Assembly: GCF_963921235.1 (NCBI RefSeq)
Contig: NC_086097.1
Coordinates: 202,990,001 to 203,054,000 of the forward strand
Reading direction: 5' to 3'
DNA length: 64,000 nt
DNA from: Mobula hypostoma
Lineage: Eukaryota
The notes beneath the pieces are model-generated. The model was given only the letters and a program-made list of their open reading frames with translations, was not told where the DNA came from and ran no database searches. The position numbers and the translations under genes are program-made. Shown here piece after piece: positions 11,701 through 23,700 of the stretch. Numbering within the stretch: position 1 is the first letter of the stretch; each line of letters starts with the position of its first letter.

Positions 11701-14700
11701 ACAAGCTACTCTAAAAAGATATGCCATAGGTATTCTACATATTCTCTCTCTTGGGATCTAGCACCAACCTTATTTTCCAAATCCACCTGCATATTGTACC
11801 ATGACTATTGAAACATTACCCTTACTACATGCCTTTGTATTGCCCATTTTAATTTATATTTCACATCTGGGCTATTGTTCGGGGCCTGTGTATAACTGCC
11901 ATCAGGGTCTTTTTTCCCTTCCAGTTTCTTAGGATTTGATTTAATTTTTTTGAACTAAAGGAACCACCCCACCCCCTCAGCGTACCAGCCTATCCTTTCA
12001 ATACAAGGTACATCCTTGGATGTTAATCTCCAACTGTGATCTCCTTTTAGCCACAGCTCAGTGCAGCCCACAATATCATACCTGCCAATCTCTAACTGCG
12101 CTACAAGATCATCTACTTTATTTTATAAACACAAACATGAGGAAATCTGCAGATGCTGGAATTTCAAGCAGCATACATAAAAGTTGCTGGTGAACGCAGT
12201 AGGCCAGGTAGCATCTCTAGGAAGAGGTACAGTCGATGTTTCGGGCCAAGACCCTTCATCAGGACTAACTGAAAGAGGATGGGCAAGGGGTATAGTGAGA
12301 GGGACAGAGGGAGAAAAAGGAGAGAGGGAAAAAGAATGTGTGTATATAAATAAATAAATAACGGATGGGGTACGAGGGGGAGGTGGGGCAATAGCGGAAG
12401 TTTGAGAAGTCAATGTTCATGCCATCAGGTTGGAGGCTACCCAGACGGAATATAAGGTGTTGTTCCTCCAACCTGAGTGTGGCTTCATCTTTACAGTAGA
12501 GGAGACCGTGGATAGACATGTCAGAATGGGAATGGGATGTGGAATTAAAATGTGTGGCCACTGGGAGATCCTGCTTTCTCTAACGGACAGAGCGTAGATG
12601 TTCAGCAAAGCGGTCTCCCAGTCTGCGTCGGGTCTCACCAATATATAGAAGGCCACATCGGGAGCACCAGACGCAGTATATCACCCCAGCCGACTCACAG
12701 GTGAAGTGTTGCCTCACCTGGAAGGACTGTCTGGGGCCCTGAATGGTGGTGAGGGAGGAAGTGTAAGGGCATGTGTAGCATTTGTTCTGCTTACAAGGAT
12801 AAGTGCTAGGAGGGAGATCGGTGGGGAGGGATGGGGGGGACGAATGGACAAGGGAGTTGTGTAGGGAGCGATCCCTGCGGAAAGCGGGGGGGGAGGGAAA
12901 GATGTGCTTTGTGGTGGGATCCCGTTGGAGGAGGCATCCTCTGGGCTTCCCCCTTCCCCCTTTTCTTTCTTCCTAGGCCTCCTGTCCCATGATCCTCTCA
13001 TACCCCTTTTGCCAATCAACCGTCCAGCTCTTGGCTCCATCCCTCCCCCTCCTGTCTTCTCCTATCATTTCAGATCTCCCCCTCTCCCTCCCACTTTCAA
13101 ATCTCTTACTAACTCTTCTTTCAGTTAGTCCTGACGAAGGGTCTCGGCCCGAAACATCGACTGTACCTCTTCCTAGAGATGCTGCGTGACCTGCTGCGTT
13201 CACCAGCAACTTTGATGTGTGTTACCTTATTTCATATATTGCTTGCATTTTGGTGGACATAGGACCTTCTTTAAATCTTCCACACCAAAAAGCGAACAAA
13301 AGTTAGTGCCAAAACATCAGCCCTGAAAGTGCAGATTGCTATGAAATGCAGAGATATTGTTGTACCTTGATGTCATTGGAATGACCTGGTAGGTCTTCAG
13401 CTGTAAGTTTCTTTGACTGCAAGCCGCATCTCGAGAAAGGATAATGTTCATTATGTCAAACAATTGCTCAATTCGCTGATCTTGTCGTAAATCTTCTCCA
13501 CCCTTCACAAGGAAAGGATGTTCTTTTTCGTCATTGCCACGAATTATCAGGCGCTTTGGTCTCCTTATAGAACGCATAACCTTTATCTGAGTAAATTCAG
13601 ATACACATTCACAATTATCATAGTGAATATGACCGAATTAGGACTAATAATTAGGTCAAACTTACTTCTAATATGATGGAATGTTTTATAATTAGACTAC
13701 CCACTTTTTTGAGGCAGGACACTGTTGCCCAACAGTTTCTAACAAGTGTCAGTTGCATGTACTTGTATGGTCAATAGACACTACATGGTGCTTAGAGTGA
13801 TCAATTTTTAAATAGCGTCAGTTGTGTGTGATTGTGTTCAAACTGCAGTGATTTTTCAAAGATTCAAAAAACTTTACTGTCATTCTAATCGTACGTCAGC
13901 TCTGCAGGGCAGAATGAGACAGCATTTCCCAGGAGCAGTGCAATCATACCATAACAAACGCAACACTAAATAATAAACTTAACAATAAGTAGTAAAACAC
14001 AACAGCCACATGTCAGTTAAAATCAAGTTATAAGTGTCCAGTGCAAGTTAAAAGTGTCCAAAGCAGAGTCAGGTAAGGCAGCTATTTAGCAGTCTGACTG
14101 CCTGTGGGAGGAAGCTGTTTAGTAGCCTTGTGGTTTTAGTTTTGATGCTCCTGTAACGTTTAAGACCATAAGACCAAAAGACAAAGGAGAAGTAGGCCAT
14201 TCTGCCCATCGAGTCTGCTCCGCCATTTTATTATGAGCTGATCCATTCTCCTATTTAGTCCCACTCCCCCAACTTCTCACCATGACCTTTGATGCCCTGG
14301 CTAATCAGATACCTATCAATCTCTCCCTTAAATACACCCAATGACTTGGCCTCCACTGCTGCCCGTGGCAACAAATTCCATAGATTCACCACCCTCTGAC
14401 TAAAAAAATTTCTTCGCATTTCTGTTCTGAATGGGCGCCCTTCAATCCATAAGTCATGCCCTCTCGTACTAGACTCCCCCATCATGGGAAACAACTTTGC
14501 CACATCCACTCTGTCCATGCCTTTTAAAATTCAAAATGTCTCTATGAGGTCTCCCCTCATTCTTCTAAACTCCAAGGAATACAGTCCAAGAGCAGACAAA
14601 CGTTCCTCATATGTTAACCCTCTCATTCCCGGAATCATTCTAGCGAATCTTCTCTGTACCTGTAGAATGTAGTTAAGATGTTAGTGGGGAGTGATGCTTG

Positions 14701-17700
14701 TTTAACCTTCCTCAGAAAGTGCAGTCTCTGCTGGGCCCGTTTCACAATCCTAGTGGTGTTCCTGGACCAGGTGAGATTGTCCGAGATCTGCACCCCAGGG
14801 AACTTGATGTTTTCCACTCTCTCCACTGTGGAGCCGCTGATGCTGAGGGGTGTGTGCTCAGGCTGAGAACGTCTGAAATTGACGATTATCTCTTTGGTTT
14901 TGGTGACATTAAGCATCAAGTTGTGATCACTGCACCAGCTCTCTAAGTGTTTGACCTCCTCCCTGTACATTGTTTCATCATTTTTGCTGATGAGCCCCAC
15001 CACTGTGGTATCATCAGCAAATTTAATGATCAGGTTCTCCTTGAATCTGGCTGCACAGTCATGTGTTAGCAGTGTAAACAGCAATGGGCTAAGCACACAG
15101 CCTTGTGGGGATCCAGTACTCAGTGTGATGGAGTCAGAGATGTTCCTGCCAACACGGACTGACTGTGGTCTCTCTGTCAAGAAATCCAGAATCCAGCGAC
15201 ACGTGGCAGTGCTAAGGCCAAGCAGCGACAGTTTCTCCACTAGTCTCTGCGGGATGATGGTATTGAATGCTGAACTGAAATCAATGTACAGGATTCTGGC
15301 ATAAGTGTCTTTGTTGCCCAAGTGAGAGAGAACTGTGTGCAGTGGGTGGATACTGAGTCCTCTGTAGAGCGATTTGGACGATAAGCAAACTGTAGAGGAT
15401 CCAGCGATGAGGGGAGGCTGGCTGTGATATGAGGCTTGACAAGCCGTTCAAAACACTTTATCACTATGGGGGTCAGGGCAACGGGACGGTAATCATTCAG
15501 ACAGGCTACAACTGATTTCTTTGCTACAGGGATGATTGTGGAGGTTTTGAAGCATCTGGGGACAATGGCTTAACTGAGGGAGATGTTGAAAATGTCTGTC
15601 AGGACATCTGCTAATACATCAGCACATTCCTTGAGCACGCATCCAGAGATGTTGTCGGCACCTCCCGCTTTTCGTGAGTCCTCTGTGTTTGCTCTGGATC
15701 AATAATTGGAGCCGGCTGGTCAGATGGTAAGAAGAGACTGGCTCTCCCCCTTGCTGTAGTGTTTGATGCTTCGAAGCGGGCAAAGAAATTGTTCAGCCTG
15801 TCTGGTAGAGAGGCATCGCTGTCATCAGTTTTCTGCCTGATCTTGTAGTCTGTCAGAGCTTTAATTCCCTGCCACATCCGTCTGGTGTCACCTGTGTCAC
15901 AGAAGTGTCCATGTATTTTGCCCGCGTAGGCCCTTATTGCTTTCCTGATCCCTAGTGAAAGCGCAGACCTGGCTGAGCAAAGCGCACTCCTGTCCCCCGA
16001 TCTGTAGGCTGTGTCATGGGCCTTCAGTAGTGAACGCACCTCTGTTATCATCCATGGCTTTTCATAACCACGTGCGGTGAAGGTTTTCACCACAGTGACA
16101 TCCTCCGTGCATTTGGCTATGTAGCTGGTTACTGCCTCCGCATACTCCTCAATGTCTGTATGGTCATCATAGGAGGCTGCTGTTTTGAATATATCCCAGT
16201 CTGTGTGCAAAAAACAGTCTTGTAGTGCTGAGGCTGCTCCTTTTGGCCAGACCCTTATCTCTCTTTTCTCTGCCGTTACACGTTTAAGCAGTGGTTTATA
16301 TGCTGGTGTTAACATGACAGATATGTGGTCAGAGTGGCCAAGATGGGGGCAGGGGGCTGCTTCGTATGCCTGTGGTGTGTTGATATAAACCAAGTCCAGT
16401 GTGTTGTCTCCCCGGTTTTGAAATCCACATATTGCAGGAATTTGGGGAACACAGTCTTTAAGCTGGTGTGGTTAAAGTCCCCAGCTATCAGGATGTGTAG
16501 TCAGTAGCTCACTAATGGCTTCACGTAGGCCTCCCAGTGCTTCGTTAACATTAGCCTTAGCATTGGCACTGGGAGCTTCGTAAAAAGCTGCCACAAGCAT
16601 GAAGGTGAATTCCCTTGGCAGATAGAACGGCCGGCATTTCACAATGAGAAATTCAGCCAGCGGTGAGCAGCGTTTAGCAGCTACTGTAGCGTTCACACAC
16701 CAGTCTTTGTCTACATAAACACACAGACCTCCTCCTCGGCTCTTACCGGAGCTAGCTGCCTCTCTGTCCACACGAAACGATGTCATTCCCTCTAGCTGTA
16801 TCGCTGCGTCCAGTATGTTGTCATGAAGCCAGGATTCCGTTAAGACATACACACAGCAGTCTTCAAATTCCTTGCGTGTTTCTCTCAGCAGACGCAGCTC
16901 ATCCAGCTTGTTGTTGATGGAGCGGACATTTGAGAGCAGCAGGGACGGTACCGCTGGCCTGGTGAGGTTAGCTTTTAGCCTAGCATGGATGCCAGCCCTC
17001 TTACCCCTCCTCTGTCTTCTCTCACAGCGCTTTTGCTTCCTCCTCTCCCGGGAAGCAGCCGGCTTGGTAGCGGATAGTAGTCCGTAGCTCGTAAACTGTC
17101 ATGTCACGTCAGTTTTTCCGACATAGTATGCCCTGATGTTAACGAGCATATTCCAACTGTATGTTGTGCATCTAGGACAAACAAAACAAACACTAGATAC
17201 ACTTATCGCTCCCCGAGGGGCTGCTGTGTCCATGCGCACCGCCATCTTGCTGGAAATCCAGAGCAACACACAAAGTGCTGGAGAAACTCAGCAGGTTTCA
17301 CCGATAGTTGGTGAGAATTAAGCAGCAAGACAATTCAGAACTGTTGCTCATTGCGGTTTCAAACATTGAGGCTTGGAGATGCCAGAAATGGCCAGGAGTT
17401 AAAATGAATCGATTTCACAACTTCAACAAGTTATGAATTATGAAAGTATCGACAATTATTTTGAATGTTGCAAAGAAAATGATGATTGGGAGAATGCAAT
17501 AGTCTAAAGCATTATAAGAAGACAGTCCATTATTTGCACTAGGTGTCTGCACTGATTTTGTTCATTTACAGTCAATCAAAAGAACACAGCAGATGAATTC
17601 CTCCATCAATAACTATTAGAAATCAACACAGTTTTCAAGTACTGTAGAGGTATTGGCAGCGTTCTAACTTGTTCTGTATTTCATTTAAATCCATAAGTTG

Positions 17701-20700
17701 TTTGCCTTTTTATTTCTTTTAACTACTTCCATGTAACTTTTAGGGCAGTTGCTTAATTGGGCCAAAATGTACTGGTCCCGATGTATCCCAATTAACCAGC
17801 ATCCCCTGTACTTCTGGACTGAAATATTTGATTATCTTTAGAAAACAAAATTGGAATACTTATTGCCAAAGTGCCAATTTATATTTGCAGTTTTCATCTA
17901 GTAGGGTTTTAAACAAATTTTAACAATAACAACTTCCGACATAAGTTCCCCAACAGAGCCTTTGAGCAATTTCTGTTTTACACAGATTCACTTTCAAACT
18001 TTATTTAATTTTAGAGATACAGTGCGGAACAGGTTCTTCTGGCCCAGGAGGACCTTGTTGGGTTTGCTGGCCCAGAAGGACCTGTTCCGCACTGTATCTC
18101 TAAAATTAAATAATTTAAGAAAATGAACTGGGTGGAACTGAGTGAAATATAAAACAGAAGTTGCTCAAGGACTCTGTTGGGGAACTTATGTCAGAAGTTG
18201 TTATTGTCAAAGCCCTATTAGATGAAAAATACAAATACAAATAAGTACTTTGGCAATAAATATTCCCAGCAACTCACCTATCTATGGAGTCAGTGAGAAA
18301 CAGGCCCTTCGGCTTATCTAGTCCATGCCAAAACCTTTTAAACTGCCTACTCCCCTCGACCTGCACCAGGAGCATAGCCCTCCATATCCCTACTGTCCCT
18401 GTAGATATCTAAACTTCTCTTGAACATTGAAACCGAGCTTGCATGCACCATTTGTGCTGGCAGCTTATTCCACACTCTCATGACCCTCTGAGTGAAGAAG
18501 TTTCCCCTCATGTTCCCCTTAAATTTCTCACCTTTCACCCTTAACCCATGACCTCTGGCTGTAGTCCCACCTAACCTCAGTGGAAAAAGCCTCCCTAGCC
18601 TAACCACAGGACAATTTACAATGCTCAGTTAACCTACTGACAGGTACATCTTTGGTCTGTGAAAGGAATGAGGACCACCTTGAGGAGACCCAAGTGGTCA
18701 TGGGCAGAATAAATAAACTCCTTACAGCGGACGCCAGAATTGAACTCCAAACTCCTAAGTCCCGAGGTATAATGGCATCAGGCTAACCACTACGCTACCG
18801 TGGAAAACATTCCAATCTGAGAGAGGATGACATTTTACTAGCCTTTCCACTACATGCATTACAAATTGCCTAAAATACAGACGACTACTTTTGTCAATGT
18901 TTATTCACATACAATTATTTTAAAAATAGTTCATACCCTTTCATCAAATCCTGTGATGTGCGCATGGTATTCTGGCATTGGTTTCGATTTACCATCATAT
19001 TGCCCTAAAGAGAAAACATATTTGTTATAGGTGGTTGGTCTATTTCAGCACTGACACATTTAGAGAAGGCTTTTCAGTATTTCCTAACTCACTTAACATT
19101 TTATGTAAGCATCCACTATTCTGTTCCATAATGGACAGAACTTAGCAAGTTACCTACTCCTAGACTGAAACCAAGTCATTCTTTATGCCAATCATAGCAA
19201 ATCTAATACAGAAAAATTTGTTGATACATACATTTAACACTTTTTCCTTCCTCTAATACATCAGTGACCGTGGAAAATCTCATTACAGATGCACCAATTT
19301 ACAGTTCAGTTGACTGTAGAGACAGTGCACAATGTTTACAGCAGGAGATCAAGATGTGTTACTAGTATTAATGATTTCAGATCAAAACATTAATTTGTTT
19401 TATTTCTTATCTGTATTTCCTTGCTTTCAAATTACAAAAATATTTATTCTAAGTAATGGTTTACAGTAAAATTTGCAGAATCATGTATGAAAAGCCTCCC
19501 TTCTTGAACTAGTGGCCAGTGTTTCCTTTACTTGTGGATTAAGAACTAGAACTTCTTAAAATTAATAAACATTATTGCAACACAGTACAGACAGTCATAG
19601 AAAAGTACAGCACAGAAACAGACCCTTTGGCCCATCTAGTCCATGCCAAAACCATTTAAACTGCCCATCGACCTGCACAAGGACCATAGCCCTCCATACC
19701 TTTATCGTTCATGTACCTATCCAAACTTCACAAACATTGAAATCTGGGTTTAGATCCTTTTTTTCTGTATAATAAAATTATCACATTTCAATAGTACAAT
19801 TTAATTTAATTTACATGAATATAGGGTGATGAGATTGCAAGTGTGACTCAAATATAATGTATTTGGTATTATTTTATCTTTTTTCGACTTATGCTATTTA
19901 TCTTCGTGTACTCTGTATTCTTCTATGTAGAAATTAATAAAAAATATTGAAAAAGAAAAGAAACATTGAAACTAAGCTCGTATGCACTTGTGCTGGCAGG
20001 TCATTCCACACTCTCACAACCCTCTGAGTGAAGTAGTTTCTTCTCATGTTCTCCTTTAACTTTTCACCTTTCACCCTTAACTCATAACCTCTGGTTGTAG
20101 TCCCACCCCACCTCAGTGGAAAAAGACTGCTTGCATTTACCCTATCTATAACTCGCATAATTTTGTATACCTCCATCAAATTTCCTTTTGATCTTTTATG
20201 CTCCAAGGATAAAGTTGTAATGTGTAATTACATTGCATTAAACACCGTCTACCAAGTTAAGCAGTTGAGCAGTGTGCTAAATTCACAGAATACAACTTGC
20301 CAGGAATCTCTAACTCATTGCTTAGATACTCAGGCTTGAATTCACTCATCCATGGTGAATACTCCTTCAGATTTCCCGGTGCCTCCAGCTTGCTCACACT
20401 TTCCAAGATTTTTGTTGCTGCTCTGCTAAAACTACTTATGTCCATCGTAAGCAGTTTTGAGCCATCTTGTCCAAAACATTGATCAAAATGTTTTTTGAAA
20501 ATCTGAAATTTGGAAAAGATGATGATAAAATATTGCTGGTTAGGCCACATAATTGTGTGAAATGATTCCAAATGACATTATTACTTGACAGAGGATGCAA
20601 ATCAGAGATGAGAACACATTAATTCTATAAAAGCGCAAATCCTGAAATTGTTCAAAACTAATGCAAATGCTGAGTTTAAACTGAGTCAAACAATTCACAG

Positions 20701-23700
20701 CGCTATGGGGTTTCGGTCTTTAACAAGAGTTGACCATTCTAAATTATTCAGATAGAATTCAGGATGCATATTCCTTCCTGGGAGGGAGGATGGGAAGAGG
20801 GGTTGGATCAGGGAAGCAGTATTTGCCAAGGCATTTGTTCCTAATTACTATCCAGTCACCAGTACCAAGCTTGAACATCATTCATCTCATCTTAAAACTA
20901 CACAAAAGGAATGTATTCAGCCCTTAGCTCCTGGGAGCAATACCATTAAACCTGTTCCTTCTCCCTTTACTTCAATATATCCCTGAAAACCACTATTCCC
21001 TTACATACAGTACTGTGCAAAAGTGTTAGGGCCACACTTATAAATAAAAAGAGAGAGAGCTAGGGTGCCTAAGACCTTTGCACAGTACTGTCATAATTTT
21101 ATGTATTGCACCGTACTGCTGTCACAAAAGAAACCCTAATTTCATGACATACATGAGTGATATAAATCTGATTCTGATATAGGTCTCTGTTGTGGACTGA
21201 GAGTGGGAAGGAGGCAGAAGAGGGGAGTCGCGGTTGGGAAAAGAGGAAGGGAGATGAGAGGGAGCAGGAAGCATTCTGAAATTATCAGTAAACTATTGTT
21301 TAGAATCAAACGTTCTTGCCTGGTATCCCAGTGCTGGGTGTTATCTGCACCTGCGTTACCCCTGGCCCCTGGCACTCCTTCTCTGCCACCTGTCTCATAC
21401 CCCTCCCGCAGCACTCCACCTTTGCCATTCCCAACATGCTTTGCTCCTGCCACATTTACAAACTCGCTCGCCGTTCCACATTGACAAATTCAGTATATAT
21501 ATATATATATATACGTGCCTAAGACTTTTGCACGTATGCACGAAGCTCCTAAGCTTCACCCTGACTCTTCTTGACATTAACCTACAGCAATGGGCAATTT
21601 ATAGAAGTCAAATGGCTTGTGGGTTTACATCAATACGGAATGGTGCAAGAACTCTGGGCTGGTTTCCAGATATTGCTCATCACTAGTGGAGTTTGTGACT
21701 GTAGATGCAGACCATTTTATTTACCATGGGAATTCACCACTGTCCTTATAGTCTTTGTGTACATTCCCCCCAGTGCTAATGCTAAGGAGTTGCTCTGTGA
21801 ACTGTATGGGGCTATTAGCGAACTGCAGAACGCACACCCTGATGGACTGTTTACTGTCACTGGAGATTTTAACCACGCAAACCTTATGTCAGTGCTCCCC
21901 AGATTCTATCAGAACGTGGACTTCGCAACGAGAGGGGAGAACGCGCTGGACCTTGTTTCCCGACGCGTATTGGGTGAAGCCCCGCCCCCACCTCGGTTAC
22001 TCAGACCACATCTCTGTTATGCTAATCCCAGCATACAGACGGCTCGTCAGGTGCTCCAGACCAGTTTAGAAGCAGGTGAAAACCTGGCCAGCAGGAGCCA
22101 TCTCTGCTCTCCAATACTGCTTTGAGCACATTGACAGGCACATGTTCTGGGAGGCTGCAACCGATGGTGACTCTACCAACTTAGAGGCATCAGTGACTAG
22201 CTACATCAGCAAGTACATCGATGACATCACTGTGGCCAAGACCATCACTACACGCGCTAACCAGAAGCCATGGATGACCGTGGAGGTGCGTGCACTGCTG
22301 AGGACCCGTGACTCTGCCTTCAGAGCAGGCAACAAGGCAGCCCTAACAACAGTGAGGGCCAAACTGTCTCGGGCCATCAGAAAGGCAAAGCGTGCACACA
22401 CCCAGCGAATCCACATCCACTTCCAGGACAGTGGCAACATGAGTCGTATGTGGAGGGCATTCAGGACATCACCAACTACAAGACAACACCACCTGCCTGT
22501 ACTGGTGATGCCTCCCTCCCAGATGCGTTGAACAACTTCTACGCTCGTTTTGAGGCAGAAAATTACATGGTGGCAATGAAGGCCACCCCTCCTCCAAAAG
22601 ACCAGGTGCTGTGTCTTACCATGGCTGATGTGAGGAGAACCCTGTGCAGGGTCAACCCATGGAAGGCTGCTGGACCAGACAATATTCCTGGCAGAGTGCT
22701 TAGAGGATGTGTAGACCAGCTAGCAGAGGTTCTCACTGACATCTTCAACATCTCCCTGAGCAGCGCCGTTGTTCCTACGTGCTTCAACGCCACCACCATC
22801 ATCCCCGTGCCGAAGCAGCCTACTGGGCCTGAACACCTCTCTCTGCAACTGGATCCTAGACTTCCTGACTGGGAGACCTCAGTCAGTCCGGATCGGGAGC
22901 AGCATCTCCAACACCATCACACTGAGCACGGGGGTCCCCCAGGGCTGTGTGCTCAGTTCACTGCTGTTCACTCTGCAGACCCATGACTGTGCTACAACAC
23001 ACAGCTCGAATCACATCATCAAGTTCGCCGATGACACGACTGTGGGTCTCATCAGCAAGAACGATGAGTCAGCATACAGAGAAGAGGTTCAGCAGCTAGC
23101 AGACTCGTGCAGAGCTAACAACTTGTCTCTGAATGTGAACAAAACAAAAAAGATGGTTGTTGACTTCAGGAGGACACGGAACGACCACTCTCTGCTGAAC
23201 ATCGACGACTCCTCCGTAGAGACCGTTAAGAGCACCAAATTTCTTGGTGTTCACCTGGTGGAAAATCTCACCTGGTCCCTCAACACCAGCTCCATAGCAA
23301 AGAAAGCCCAGCAGCGTCTCTACTTTCTGCGAAGGCTGAGAAAAGTCCATCTCCCACCCCCCACCCTCACCACATTCTACAGAGGTTGTATTGAGAGCAT
23401 CCTGAGCAGCTGCATCACTGCCTGGTTGGGAAATTGCACCATTTCTGATTGCAAGACTCTGCAGCGGATAATGAGGCCAGCTGAGAAGATCATCGGGGTC
23501 TCTCTTCCCGCCATCACAGACATTTACACCACACGTTGCATCTGTAGAGCAAACAGCATTGTGAAGGACCCCACACACCCCTCATACAAACTCTTCTCCC
23601 TCCTGCCATCTGGCAAAAGGCACCGAAGTATTTGGGCTCTCACAACCAGACTATGTAACAGTTTCTTCCCCCAAGCCATCAGACTCCTCAATACCCAGAG

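Larger units (their letters stand above)
6053..13255 (-). mobile_element. Degenerate CR1 LINE interrupted by three younger insertions
   Basis: 3' tail near 6053; RT remnants ([19 protein letters not shown]); sequence breaks near 7825, resumes near 10760 and again after 13223. Confidence 0.85.

Noticed and set aside
206..13209. Repeated ORFs of the type [24 protein letters not shown]...
   Set aside because: These are antisense or off-frame translations of the non-coding PLE pLTR, not a protein family.
13690..17810. Possible Tigger/pogo-like DNA transposon remnants flanking the Rex1 element
   Set aside because: Only one TIR-like end (about 17785-17810) was recognisable and no transposase; too weak to call.
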